Positions 1 to 13,399 are shown, numbered from the whole stretch's first letter. The stretch: 62,868 bases of DNA, filler included, from Choristocarpus tenellus KU-1152 (GCA_964200185.2; 12 parts of 12 records of this genome joined end to end with filler, not necessarily neighbours in it); one strand, 5' to 3'. A program made the numbers and translations. The notes: generated from the letters alone by a model not told the origin.

Positions 1-1499
1 CAAGCAAAGTTCCATGTTATGGGGCGGGGGGGGGGAGGGGGGAAGGAAAATGTTTGCAATATTATTATCTATCCTTTCATCATCAAATCATTGATACATC
101 AGACATGACAACACATTGGCCTCCCTCTGTTGAACCTTGAATGCAAGCTTGGAATTTCAATAAGTTCAAAAACACACAGAGGACCTTGAAGGCAGGCCTT
201 GACTCCCACCCTCAATCCTCCAATACCCCCACACTAAGTAGTTGAAGGCATTACAACAGGCATGGAGAAGGGGAAGTACTCAAGTACTCAGAAGTAGGCA
301 TTACAACGGCTCACTTAAACTGTACTCAGCTTGCATCCTGCACAGTAGCATAGAGCACAGCATGAGATTTTTCTCAGCACCCCAGAAACACAACGGAATT
401 CAAGTGGAGTGTACACGTCCCATGTTGTAATCAATTGGGGCTCAACGGCACCCATAAGTATTGCTTCACTTCACCCCGTATGAACCCATGGAAACTCTTG
501 AGAAATGAGGAAACGACCATATTACAAATGATACAAACCTACTGGCACATTTGAGCGCGCATGTGGAAAAGGCAGGTAACCCGGTCAAACAAACAGAAAA
601 GTTCTTGCCCCACATCATGATGTGCCAATGAGCAAAGTCTGCATTGGAATCAACAGTACCTAGGGGAAAGACCACGCTAGGGCAGGGAGGGGGGAGGGGG
701 GTGAATAAAGGTTCGTTTTACGGGCCAGCTTGAGGCTCCAACAAGGCAAAAGGCAAGTTGTGACGAAACTCACCACTTTTAAGCTTGGGCTCAGCTGTGA
801 GTACGACTCCTGTGGTTAGAGAAAAAAAAATCAAAGAGTACAAAATGGTGGGAGGACAAGAAGCGGGCACGTGGGGAGGAATTGAGGGAATGAGCATGGA
901 GTACAGAACAAGCTGGCTGAAAAGAGATAATATCTACTTACAACGGCAGGGTGAGTTGGGACTGGGGAGAGCCTGGGTCCTTGGCGAATACACAACAGTT
1001 TTGGAACAGTATCATACTCAGCAAGCGTGCATGTAGTTAGTACCTGGCACAACAGTAACAATTGCGAAAAAACGGATTTTTCGAAAAGATCACCACATCA
1101 GGTCAGGACCTGGTCGAGGTAGGTGTTGGGTCCATTAGCTGTTTCCTGGCACCCGGACTAGTCTAGTGTGTTCGGGATAGGGCCTATGCAGGCTCAATAT
1201 AGGCCGCATGTACATTACTTCAAAAATAATTGCACACATTCCTCCTGGTCAGCTCACCGGTTGAGCAGACCCTGCCCTTGTGGCCATGGAAGGCTTTGGT
1301 GTGCATCGCGAGGTAGGTCGTAAGGTCGTAGAGCGCAAACTTTTTGTTTGTCGCAGTTCATCATTGCATCCTGTGGTGAGAGAAGCCTACGCAAAAATTG
1401 AGGAGTGAGGGTGTCCACGGAGAGGCGCAAGAATGGGTTATCAGAGAGGACGATGTAATACGCCTAACTGACTTCCACAACCCAGTCTCATTGGCTATA

Positions 1500-3300
1500 T
1501 ATATAATATGGCAGATATCTCCCTCCTCACCTTTGGAGCAACAAAACCCAGAACGCAAGGAGTCAGTAGCGTGACTGCTAATGCCCAGCACACCAGGCTA
1601 AGCGCAGCCCTGTTCGCCATGGGTGGCGAATACTACCGAACCACCCCTACGGGTGTATCCCCTCGTGACAAGCAATGCAAAAAGATCGTTGTATCACAAA
1701 ATCCTGGAACGAGAGGGACGGGAGGTAAAAATCCCTGAGTCAATATCGTTCGCCAGAGGAAAGGCTACAAACTCTGGATGACACCTGAAGACTGCAGTTA
1801 CATTTGAAAGAAAGGTATCATGGCATTTGAACGCCAGTGCAAGGAGAGATAGAACTGATGCTTTTGCGCATCCATTAGAGAGAAAGTAGGACATGGCGTC
1901 ACACCACTGGGCGCTCACACCATGCGACTCACGCACCTCGATTAGCTGTCATGCACCAAAATAGTGTGTATACTATACACAGTAGTGACGTATTTTACGG
2001 TACTAAACAACGTGGGTCAATGCAATTAATATTACAAAGGTTGTGTAACGATAACCAACATGACAACGTGGTCTTGGATGGAAGATGTTTTAGGTGTGGT
2101 GAGGACATCATGAGTACGTCCCACCTTCAAAACCCAAATGCCTCCAGATGCAGCAGGAAACACACTTCAATAGTCTTCAATCAGAAAAGAAATCCTTTGT
2201 GAGCCTGCTTGATGTGTGGGTTGACTGCACCCTCCTCTGTGACTTTGCTCTGTTCAAGGATGCAACCGATCTCAGCCTTCACAAAACTGGTGCAACAATT
2301 CTTGTTGAAATTCATGAAAAAAAACATACAAACATGGACGGGAAACGCCAACCTCGCCTTCGTAACGGTCACCAGATTCTTTTTCAACACGTGAACACAC
2401 CCAATCACTCCACAATACGAAATACAACCAATGATTCTCGACTACTACTATGTGTAATAGTGGTGTGTGAATAGGAGTGAGAACTCATCTTGACTAGTGT
2501 TGATGACATTGCAGCACTGAACCACCCTCTATATCTTCTTGTTCCTTTTTGAATCGTTATTGTGACTGTGTGCGATTTTGTTATGATGGATATAGGTATG
2601 TAAACTTATGGGAAAGCTGATACACATTGGGAAAAGCAGGAGGCACAATGCATTCATCAATTCAACCAGAATGGGCTGTTCGTCACAGAAAGAAAAGTGG
2701 TGAGTGGTTGTCGTTGCAAAATCTCGATACTATACTATAACAACACAATACGAGGTGTTGCAGGTGTTCCGGACACTATGAACGATCTACCTCTGGATCT
2801 CACTCACTTAGTTGCAACTATCTACTGTCTGTCGTCAAACACCCCCAGTAGCACTAAACAGGGTATTTGGGGGGGGAGGATTGAGGTGTCACATGGAGGT
2901 GGATTGCTTCGTTTTGGGGGCGCAAAACAATCCCCCATCGAAGAATTCATTTGCCGATCCTAATGTAGGTAAGGTGGTCATCATCAGCCAACTACAACAA
3001 GACAATGTCCATTTAAAAGTACCGAGATCGCATGGATACCACAAACGCCCCCATCATATAGGCATGGGGAGTTATCTCCAACGAGTTTATTGTCCATCGT
3101 GATAGGCATTGTAGATAAATTTAGTGGCAATGCTGGCAGTATCACCGGGTTCTATACCACAATAACCAGTCCTTCTCGCTAGACCACGAAATACTACTGT
3201 TGTGAGAGGTCATTCTAATGTTGTTGGTGTTGGGAACTTTTCACATTGCCACCAGTGATCCAACGTTGGTCATATTATCGTGAAAAAGGTGAACCTGATT
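1500..3300 (+). mobile_element. Degenerate LTR-retrotransposon (probably Ty1/copia) gag-pol remnant
   Basis: Zn-knuckle-like text (GRCFRCGE..H, ~2080-2160) and broken pol-like frames with many stops and frameshifts. Confidence 0.35.
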
Positions 3301-3431
3301 TATTCAGGTGGTGTAGAAATATGTTTGAGAAGAAACAATCAGGAGTGGAAGAATGTATATATGGAGGGCACAGAGTAGAGATGGATGAGATTGTTTTAGG
3401 GTAGAATACTGTAGTTGCGATGGGGGGAGGG

Positions 3432-3531
3432 NNNNNNNNNNNNNNNNNNNNNNNNNNNNNNNNNNNNNNNNNNNNTTAATTAATTAANNNNNNNNNNNNN
3501 NNNNNNNNNNNNNNNNNNNNNNNNNNNNNNN
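3432..3531. other. Artificial contig linker (44N-TTAATTAATTAA-44N); also at 10808, 14114, 17429, 20516, 24347, 28160, 37136, 39937, 44966, 48431 and 11 copies in total
   Basis: Identical 100-bp spacer with stop codons in all six frames; an assembly artefact. Confidence 0.98.
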
Positions 3532-3699
3532 GGGGGGATCTGGCATGCTGGTTCCAGCGGTTGCGTCGAGGCCCAGGCGTTTGCCCCTTGTCCACACTGG
3601 CTCCGGGGGCACGCATTATTTTGACAAGTATTGATGAGTGGTGAGTGGCTCCCACGTCTCTCACCACAGCCCCTTTTCTCCCGATTACTTGGGACCTAT

Positions 3700-5000
3700 G
3701 TAAGGCTTAAGGGGTCAAGGAGTGGATATCCAGCATCCAGAGCACAGTAAGAAATGGTAACTAACATGCAATGAGCAGGGGTAGTAGTCACAGTGGGAGT
3801 GGCATCGATAGCAACAGTTGTCAAGAGTGAAGAGAATCACAGAGCAAGGTGGATCAGAAGGTTCAAAGCAAACTGTAACCGAGAGGACGAAGTTAAGGTC
3901 GGATATGGAGGAGGTGAAGAGTGCTGATAGGGGAGAATTGCAATTCAGGCAGACAAGCCCCAAACAACTCCTCAGTGATTGATCACTTTCTGAACGATCT
4001 TCTGTTGTGGAACCATGGTTCTTCACCAGAGGTTGTTGCCAGGAGTCTCGGAAAGAACATCAAAGGTTATGGCGGTGTATGGTACGACAATGAACGGTCT
4101 GATAACAGACAACCTTGCTTTCCACACCTAATGTTAGAATCAGTGTGTGTGTCCTTTGGCTGAAAGGAAATATAGCGTTGGATATGGTAGGATTGAGGAA
4201 GTGACCTCTAAACAAAATGCTACTTATCTTTAAGTACTTTAAGATGTTAGCGACAAAGAAAGGACAGTGCAAAATGGAACTAACCTTCTTGATCCTGGGT
4301 GATGTCTGCAGAAGTGGGTGTGCCAGGAAAAAGATGGTGTTGAGAGGCTGAGGTGCTCACCGTCCATGAAGTCCCCTGCTAACAGGGCGAGAATAGCAAT
4401 GCAATACTTGACTACAGCAACAGTATTGAGATCAAGTTGAAAGCCACAAAAAGACCCTTGATACCCTAATGTTTCCAGTACTTGCTGAATTAGTCCTTCA
4501 ACACTTTCACAATATTCTCCTTCACCTCCATATAAGAAAGGCACTGAAGAGAACTCTATCAAAGGTTTGTTGCATGCATCAGAGGTCTGACATATGTGGG
4601 ATAATATAGAGCTTGTGTAATCTTTCAAGGCTCACTCACATTTTTCTGCTTGCTGGGCGAAGATCAGATCTCTTTCTCCTTTGAAGTACAAAATAGTACA
4701 CACCTGTTGAATAAATCCTTGTTACTGATCAGAGTCTAACTGTCGCTTTCCACCTGCATGCAAAAATACCTGTTACGCAATGAATCTAGAGCCCTATTGA
4801 CAAATGGGGCAAACAAGATTAGTCCAACCAAATCGTACTCACAGAACATCCCCGTTACATAACTTTACAGTGTATGCATTACTTGGTTTAGAACAATCTT
4901 TAAGGGGACATTGTTGTATTGTTAGCTTTCAAATAGTACATATTTTCGGCAGTTGCCTTATCATTGCTTGTAACTTTTTGTAGTAGAACAAGTATTTCAT
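3700..5000 (-). mobile_element. Degenerate Ty1/copia integrase remnant
   Basis: ORF 4239-4628 has FLYGGEGEYC..., resembling the copia integrase core (SDGGGEY); disrupted frames. Confidence 0.45.
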
Positions 5001-5223
5001 CGGTACCAGTGTTCGGATCGGTCCCATCACGTCCTGCCAGTCCAGTGTAAGGTTCCTCCAAATACTAACCATATTCACAAGCGGCGAGCGGTCTCACGAT
5101 ATTGCGCGCGGTTCAAGTTGAAACACTTTAACCGAGATATGTGGTGTATCGAAGCCGATCAAACGTGTGGACGATCCCCTGGAACAGGGTAGCCACTCCT
5201 GCGATCACCATCTTGGATCCAGG

Positions 5224-7057
5224 ATGGGCAAGTCGCAGAAACGAAGAAAACGTGCTGGTGGGAATCCCATTGTCACGAAGGGAGTTAAAGATGGTTCACA
5301 TAATCCTGTCGTAGCGGGGAGGACTACCAATATATCGCGACCCAAGGCGAATGGTAGCAAGCTCTCGAAGGTGGGTCAAGGAGAGGCTCGACGAAAGAGG
5401 AAAGAAGGAAAAAATGAAACAGAGAGGCGAAGGGAGCAAGAGGAGAAGAGAGAGGAAGAGGAAGATGACGAGAACGAAGAAGAGGTGATGAGTTGCATAA
5501 TGGAGGGCATGTTTTGTTTGTGCCCATTGCACGAAATTTTCGACATGCAGACTATGGACACAAAGATCAGTTGGGATGTGATCAATCCTTAGGGATGGTT
5601 TTCAATTAAATTGCCTAAGTCAAGATGATAAGAAGTACATCTGCCTGCTCCTGTTTGATGAGTTTTCAAAGATGCAACCTCGACAAGCGTCGTAGGTCAT
5701 CTCCCCAAGAAACCTTTGGTTATCTTATATTTAGAACCCTTGATACATTCTTGACATTGGGGTAATGTTTTCGTAGAGAATAGTGTGGTACCCTTGCCAG
5801 CCTCTCTTCGATTATGTTTTCACTGACCGTTCAAAACAGGAGCCTGTGCGAGTGTTGGGTCCCTTTCGACTCTGTTCTAGTTGTTGCTTTATTAATCAAG
5901 AACACCTTCCAACACCTCCACTATACCAGTCCATCGAGGGAGGAAATGTGGACAACGATGAAAACGAAGCCAGGGACAGTGAGGACGCTGAAAGTGATGA
6001 AGTAGACTTGGACGAACCTCCACCCAAAGGTGGAGACAGGAAAGAGAAGCCTGGGAATTCAAATTGCAACGGCGGGGCTAAGGTTGTAGAGGGTGGAGAA
6101 GAGGATGGCGACGGTGAAGATGAGAGTGAAGATGAGGACGATGATGATGATGATGACAATGATGATGATGAGGAGGAGCAGCAGCAGGAGGTTGAGAGCA
6201 CTCTCCAAACTAAGAAAGAGCCGCCGAGTAAAGGGAAGCCTATCTCGAAGGGAGAGGTGAGTGCGAAGACTTACGGACGGCTCAACCGACCAACTGACCT
6301 TGTCAAGGTGCATGTAGGGAACCTCCACATTTCGGGAGTTATCAGGGAGCACAGTTAGATTGTTTTTCTTCCTTTTGAACATGGGGATTGCAAGGGATGG
6401 GTGTGTGTTTTCACAGGGCATGAGAACAAGCTATACGCTCGAGGCAACTTTCTACTGGTTGTGGATTAACAATGCAGTTGCTCAAGTTTCTCTCTATGAT
6501 TTCTGAGTGAGAATAGGAAGGGGGAAAGATGAAGGAAGAAGGGATACTCAGAGAGTACAGTCAGTGTTCAAGCTTGCTAGTGGCAGCAATGTTTTTGTGA
6601 ATGCAAACTCTGTGCCTGGAAGTCATCCACTAGTGTATGCTCTTTGTACCAGTTAGAACACTGTGATCCTCCTTCACCTTGCTTGTGGTAGTAGTTGCTG
6701 GAGCAAAAATATATAGGAAATTTTCTGTGAAAGCGAAACGTGACAAGCCCAAAGATATTTTTTGATAATTTCTGGTCTGTGTTGCTCTATTTTACCCGTC
6801 AAACAAAAAGGTTGCACTCAAAGACCATTAGGTTTTTGGTGCAAATTGTTACGCTTTGGCTGTAAATAGTACTGATAAAACGCCTCGTGAGTAGAGACAA
6901 GTCTAAGTCTGGTACGTTGGGGAGGCTCAATAGGGAGGATTAACGGATGTCATTGGATATCAAGGCCAAGAGGGTCAAGGTTGAGTGTCCTGTGGACCTC
7001 TTGTGTTATTTTTGCATGAGAAGTGATGAGAATGCAGGCTTCATTGGCGTCCTCTTA

Positions 7058-7093
<36 letters not shown>

Positions 7094-7552
7094 TCCCCCA
7101 CTTTTCCCCTTACTATTTTCCCTTCCTCAGTCTCNNNNNNNNNNCCTCTTATCCCCCCTCCCCCCCCCCTTCCTCCTCCTCCACTTGTCTCCTGTAAGTA
7201 CCTTAATTCCTTTCCATCCTCCACATTGCATTTCATTTCTTAAATGCAGGCAAACAAGCTGACAAAGAGGCCGAGAGATGACAAAGCCACAGAGGTGGAG
7301 GAGCCATGCACAATAGCTGAAAATAAGAAGAAAAAGAAGGTCAAGAAAGTAGTAGCGGATGAGGAAAAAGCAAAGTCTGGGGCAAGGGCAGGGGCAGCAG
7401 AGGGTGGTGTGGAGTTGAAGGATGGAAAGGAGAGTGATAGCATGATGAGAACTGGGTTCTTTTCAGGCGTAGAGTTTTCTACACTGCCCCTATCCGATGT
7501 CATGCAGTCTGCCCTGACCAGCTTAAAGTTTGAAACAACCACCAAGATTCAG
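5224..7552 (+). CDS. DEAD-box RNA helicase, HAS1/DDX18-like, 5' partial; exons 5224-5484, 5930-6256, 7250-7552
   Basis: Three phase-0 GT-AG exons join in frame. A K/E/D-rich N-terminus leads to the Q-motif FSTLPLSDVMQSALTSLKFETTTKIQ just before a GT donor. Subfamily is inferred. Confidence 0.8.
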
Positions 7553-8045
7553 GTAAGGAATATTTATTATGGAATATCCAAGATTGTGTGATGGGGGCGG
7601 GAGGGAGGACAGGAGGGGGAGGGTAGGGGGAGGTGGGAATCTGATTTTATTTTTTCCTGGGATTTGTGTATACTTGGAAGGCGTAGTGTGCAGAAGTTTT
7701 TTGGTGTATTTGTAGAGGAGACGGTTGTCACGATGTTCGGATTGGAGTGTTGACTTTCAAACGAAAACCGCAATTGTGATATATATACATATATATATAT
7801 ATATTTTTTTTTTCCTTTTATTGTAACTGCCGTTGTAGTTAAAATAAGAAATGTTAAAGGAGATGGTGTAGTGTGGCACGCATGCTGTTGATGCTACGTG
7901 TCACGGAGAAGAAAGAGAAAGAAGTACAGGGTAAGTTGCTAAGTAAGTTGCAGAGAAGGAGAGGGGCGGTGAACAGAACAAGCATATCGTTGTATACATT
8001 CCTCGTCAACAAATTGGTCTTGCTTGTTGGTGCGCAATATCTGGC

Positions 8046-8222
8046 TAGGGTTAGGGCTTGGGTTCAGGTTCGGGTTCAGGCTTGGGTTCAGGTTCAGGTT
8101 CAGGCTTGGGTTCAGGTTCAGGTTCAGGTTCGGGTTCGGGTTCGGGTTCAGGCTTGGGTTCGGGTTCGGGTTCGGGTTCAGGTTCGGGTTCGAGTTCGAG
8201 TTTGGATTGGGGTTAGGGTTAG
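8046..8222 (+). repeat. Interstitial telomere-like hexamer array (TTAGGG at the edges; TTCAGG/TTCGGG/CTTGGG inside)
   Basis: About 30 hexamers read directly. Confidence 0.9.
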
Positions 8223-8614
8223 TCCTGGGTGTTGTGGCAGGTACTTTTTTGTTACATGGATCTTTTGGAGGATGAAATTCTTTCTGGGAAAAAGACCCAA
8301 CAGAGGTGCTACTGTAAAAGCCTGTACATCCTCTTAGTAACTGCAAAAAACACATATCCTCTTAGTAGGTACCACGATATGGTGCGTTTCAATATATTGG
8401 GTGTGTGTTTTTGGGGTAGGCAATACCTGTGAATACGTTTGAAAATCACGTATGTGTCGTGGTTTGAGAATTTTTATTTTGGTCCATGTGAAATGCTGAG
8501 TTTTTTTCTTTTCCATTTGTTGAAGTTTTTGTTGTTGTGTTTTGTCTCTTTTTTTGCTGATTTGTTTACTTTATTACAGTGCTGTTGTTATTACTGTACT
8601 CTGTATTTTATTAT

Positions 8615-9243
8615 TATAACAGTACTGTTGTTATTAGTGTACTATTGTTATTAGTGTACTATTGTTATTAGTGTACTATTGTTATTTCAGTACTATTGTT
8701 ATTAGTGTACTATTATTATAACAGTACTATTGTAATTAGTGTACTATTGTTATTAGTGTACTATTGTTGTAACATTACTATTGTTATTTCAGTACTGTTG
8801 TTATAACAGTACTATTGTTATTTCAGTACTAATGTCATAACAGTACTATTGTTATTAGTGTACTATTGTTATAACAGTACTATTGTTATTTCAGTACTAA
8901 TGTCATAACAGTACTATTGTTATTAGTGTACTATTGTTATAACAGTACTATTTATATTAGTGTACTGTTGTTATTAGTGTACTATTGTTATAACAGTACT
9001 ATTGTTATTAGTGTACTATTGTTATAACAGTACTATTGTTATTAGTGTACTATCGTTATAACAGTACTATTGTTATTTCAGTACTAATGTCATAACAGTA
9101 CTATTGTTATTAGTGTACTGTTGTTATAACAGTACTATTGTTATTAGTGTACTATCGTTATAACAGTACTATTGTTATTAGTGTACTGTTGTTATAACAG
9201 TACTATTGTTATTAGTGTACTATCGTTATAACAGTACTATTGT
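8615..9243 (+). repeat. 17-bp AT-rich minisatellite (TACTATTGTTATTAGTG / TACTATTGTTATAACAG variants)
   Basis: About 37 tandem units, with a visible 68-bp higher-order unit. Confidence 0.95.
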
Positions 9244-9917
9244 ACCATATTATACCGTGTGCTCAATCGGGAAGAGGACTGTACGATAGATAGTCTAGGG
9301 TTATATTTTGACTCTTCTTATTTAATGCATGAATCAAGTTCGCTTTTTCATAGATTACCTGGATGGAATAAGATAAGTAGCCTTGAGGTCCCAAAAGTCT
9401 TTTTCTTACTATAGTGCCACTAGTGCAGTGAATATAGAAAGTTAAGGACCCTAACCCTAAGTAGATTTTAAGTCGGTGGAAAATTCTCAGCGTGCTGATT
9501 TGAATCGAATTGTCCACGAAGTGAAGGAAAGGAAACACAAGGCGCCAAAGAAGACTACCCAAGCAATAGAAAAACTTTATCGTATCAATTTCAGTTTTGA
9601 AATTGTGGCGGTTCCTGACATGGTCATCCTCGTACTGTTTAAAGAGCTGAAGCATCTCCTGTAAGCTTGCGACTTGAATTTTTTGCTCTTTTTTTTGCCG
9701 TGATGATTTATGAATTTTTCGTTTTTTTTGTTTGTCTTGTGTTAATGATGTGTGTATTGCGATTGATCCCTCCGGTTAAATTTATATATATATTTTTTTG
9801 TGACATTTTTGATTTATGTTGATCTTTGCGATACACGTTTTTGAATTTTTCTGCAAAAAAAAAAGGAAAAGCTCAAGAAACAACGCGGTTTTTGAGTTTG
9901 CTCCTGTAGCAGTGGTA

Positions 9918-9956
9918 AGGAGGTAGGTAGGTAGGTAGGTAGGTAGGTAGGTAGGT
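9918..9956 (+). repeat. (GGTA)n microsatellite
   Basis: Read directly. Confidence 0.9.
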
Positions 9957-10107
9957 TGTGAAACTGTTTGGTCACGTTGAAGCGAGTGATCCGTACGAGT
10001 GAAACTGCCATATATGTTTTTTTCATTTTTTATTCATTTTTTTTTAATACTACCTTGTTTTTGTTTGAAAGCGTCACCTCTGTTTCGATGTGCATATTTT
10101 TTTACTT

Positions 10108-10250
10108 TTATTTTTGTTGATGTTGATGTTGATGTCGATGTTGGTGTTTTGAGTGATGTCGCATTGGATATTTTTTGTTGATGTTGATGTTGATGTTGAT
10201 GTTGATGTTGGTGTTTTGAGTGATGTCGTATTGGGTATTTTTTGTTGATG
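10108..10250 (+). repeat. Tandem duplication (~65 bp) containing (GTTGAT)n
   Basis: tttttgttgatgttgat...gttggtgttttgagtgatgtcg(c/t)attgg occurs twice. Confidence 0.8.
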
Positions 10251-11489
10251 TCCGTTGGTATTGTTGAACCGGCTCTCTGAAAACAGTGACGGAAGTGTAC
10301 TTACTGCTAAGAGTATTTTTCCTCTTGCCGTTTCAATGAGTTCCGGAAGGTTTGTGTAACTGTTGGCGCTATACTTTGATACTACTGTGTTGTTGGGTGT
10401 TCCACAAGGTCTGGTAGGCGATGGTGTCACGAGTCATATGTTGGTAGTGTAACTTCAAATTAATTGTGACCGTGTGCAGGGTAGTCAGTAAAGGTATGCT
10501 GTTTTGTAGGGAATGGTTCCTTTTTAGTGTAGACATTTCTCTTGGCGCCACGTGCTATATACATTGACAAGGACAGGCGTGACTCACACCTGAGGGAACC
10601 AAGTAGTACCGACTATGGCTTATTATTAGGGTGTACCTTTTTTTGCTACTAATACTAATATTCTAAATCATGTACCACCCGCTTTGCATGATCTCCCTCT
10701 TTGAATGCCTGCATGTATGCACTAGACCTCCCCCCCCCCCCCCCCCCCCCCCCCCCCTGCTCCTTTCCCCCCCCCCTCCCCTCCCCCCCCCCCCCCCCCC
10801 TTTTTTTNNNNNNNNNNNNNNNNNNNNNNNNNNNNNNNNNNNNNNNNNNNNTTAATTAATTAANNNNNNNNNNNNNNNNNNNNNNNNNNNNNNNNNNNNN
10901 NNNNNNNCCCCAGATACTTTGGCCCCCTCCTATATTGCAATGCCTCATCAATATCCCCCTTGGCCCCCAGAAAATGCTCGCGTTGTAGCGAACCAGTCTG
11001 CATAATTGTCATCCGAAAGTTGAAGGAGTTTGGTGTGGGTCCCATCCGAGGCTATGAGTGGTGCTATGCCAATTCAAAACAAACCAGTCCGGCTGCATCT
11101 CCCCTAGCTAGAGTTTGTGTTAGGCGCTTAAAAGCGTGTTGAGAAGCTTGGCGCACGTAAGGCTCGTCGCCAGAAGCTAGCAGTTGAATTCCATGGTAAA
11201 GCACACAACACACTGAATTATATTAATTGCCCGTCAACCATCCATCATCACTGACGTGTGAATGAATGTTGACTTATTATATTTTATATACTATGTACTT
11301 TGTATCATACCTAACCAATTATAAACGTACGTATAACCTATGTTATATACTTGTGTCAGCACAAATAACATAAGGATAGCACTAGGTTATTCGACAGAAT
11401 GCAGGAGCACAGTTTCACGGAATTCGAGGCATGCCTTGGCAATGCAAGTATATATGGAAGTGGCGGTCGCTGGATTCTTGAAGTGGTTA

Positions 11490-12009
11490 GAGCCAAAGAG
11501 TCAAAGTATCTAAGAGGGTAGTGCCGTGTCCATTGGGGGTCAAGTCGACTGTTGCAATTTTGATGGATTTTTGGCTATCATGTTTGTTTGGAGATGTCAA
11601 TATTCGTGTTCTGGGCACTCCTTTTCATAACGTAAACATTTTACCAACTCCAAAACATTTTGGAGTAGGTAAAATGTCATTGAAAACCCGTGGGAAGCCA
11701 AGCCCTAAATGGACAAACAGGGAAAAACTCGTACCCTCTAAGATACTTTTAGAGCCAAAGTATCTTAGAGGGTATAGCCACGTCCATTTGGGGGCCAAAA
11801 TCCAATGTTGCGTTTTGATGTAATTTTCGCCATCGTGTTTATTAGGAAGTGGCAATATCCTTGTTCTGGACACACCTGTTCATAACATTTACATTATACC
11901 TACTCCGACACATTTTGGAGCAGGAAAACGCCATAAAAGAATCCATTTGGAACCAAGCTCCAAACGGACAAACAGGGCAAAACTCATACCCTCTAAGATA
12001 CTTTTACTC
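11490..12009 (+). mobile_element. MITE family A, two copies (inner ~11498-11748 inside the left end of the outer copy)
   Basis: GAG(C/T)CAAAGTATCT..AGAGGGTA termini; GTTA TSD flanks the whole unit. Confidence 0.9.
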
Positions 12010-12029
12010 GTTAGGAGAGGAAGCCCCAG

Positions 12030-13349
12030 ACTTGACCCCCCCGACTCTTACGAAGGTGTTGGTGCAGACAACCTTGGGAACCAGGAAGAAGACCATTCCG
12101 AAGACATTCCTAAGTGCAAACACTTCAATATGGTCCAGGTGGACTAAGGCGCAGAAGATTGTCACCAACATGTACACATCCCCCTCTGGCTGACATAAAT
12201 ATGACATTAGATGATGCTGGAGCTCCTGCTGCATTGCATTTCACACTTTAGTAGGTTACACACCTGAAATCCATAATCACAACGCTTAATAGCGAGTATC
12301 TTAACATGCACACATTGAACACTTTTCTTGCTTCCCAGTCTTGTTCCCGGAGGAAAGTTGCGGTCTGGGGAGCAGGAGACGGACTGCCTGCAGAAGCTGT
12401 GCGACTGGTTGTGGGAGAAGCAGGAGAAATCGAGGATTAGTGGGAGTACCATCGACCTTGTTGGAGGGGGGGAGGACGAAGGTGAATCTCCAGCGACGAC
12501 TGCGGCTAAAGTGGTGGGGTCTGATTTAGGAGGTCCCACTTCCAGTCCTGCCAGCGCCACCCCAGAGGCCCAGCGATGAACTACCCTCTCCTGGATCAGG
12601 GGGGAGACCTTTGCCCCAGGTTTGCCCTATTCCCCCCCTCCAAAAAAATGCCAGATGGTTGGGTCCCCCCATATCTTCTCCTGTTTGCAGTGTATAGACC
12701 CCCGTCCATTGATGTACTCCAAGACTTTGACATGAGTATGAGTGAGGGACCCCCACAAGAAGGGTCCACATCTTGTGACTTCAGCAAGGATGGGGGGTCA
12801 GTGGAGTCTTCTTCATTGGAGGGTGTGAAGGCAATGAGAAGGTTCAGGCCAGCAGCAAACCCTGGATCGAGGAGGCGACAACAGTTACGGAGGGCTGCTG
12901 TGGAGGACTTGAAGTTGGAAGCAGAGTTAAGGAAAAAAAGTAGGATGGACGACCACGTTATTAGTGCTCACATATCCACATTGGATTATGCATCTAGAGA
13001 CATGAGGAGACATACAGAAATCATGGAAGAAAAGGCTACTTCTAGAGAAGATAGGAAGAAAAGGATGGAAAATAGGCGCAAATTTGACGTAATGCTCAAA
13101 ACCGCAAAGCAAGCTTGGCAGACTCTTGAGAAGAGTGGTGATACTGTTCGGGCAGAGTTCTGTAGGAAACGGTATGAGGAACTGGTTGCAGTGAGGCTGG
13201 ACGAGAATATCAGTGGTGCTGGGGTGATGTTGGGAAGTGGTGGGACCGTGGTGAAGGGGAGGTTGACTTGGGGGATTTGGGAACAAGCAGTGGCGAAGGG
13301 GAGGTTGACTTGCGAACTTTGGGGGCCGGAAGCAGTAGTGGGGGGATAG
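12030..13349 (+). mobile_element. Harbinger/PIF ORF2-like (Myb/SANT, NAM-associated-like) coding remnant, including ORF 12576-13349
   Basis: SIWSRWTKAQKIVTN, then SG.QETD..., then a charged helical region; converges on a transposase-like remnant. Confidence 0.4.
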
Positions 13350-13399
13350 GCTTGAGGAATCAGTTGTGACAACACAGCTGTCAGTGTAGTGCTTAGTAA

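Noticed and set aside
3432-3531. Recurrent TTAATTAATTAA palindrome as a biological motif
   Set aside because: Always embedded in 44+44 N; it is a contig-joining linker.
5296-6201. Ser/Leu-rich minus-strand ORFs
   Set aside because: Antisense shadows of the acidic helicase exons.
6947-7262. Poly-Pro/poly-Gly ORFs (also at 10670 and 17481)
   Set aside because: Derived from C/G homopolymers next to gaps.
7873-8355. ORFs rich in VQ/VR, NP/NL or GF/RF
   Set aside because: Translations of the telomere-like hexamer array.
8615-9243. CRISPR-like array
   Set aside because: Head-to-tail units with no unique spacers, no cas genes, eukaryotic context.
11521-11873. Recurring peptides such as KIQCCDFDV and GQTGQNSYPLRYF as a gene family
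   Set aside because: Chance translations of non-coding MITE-A copies.
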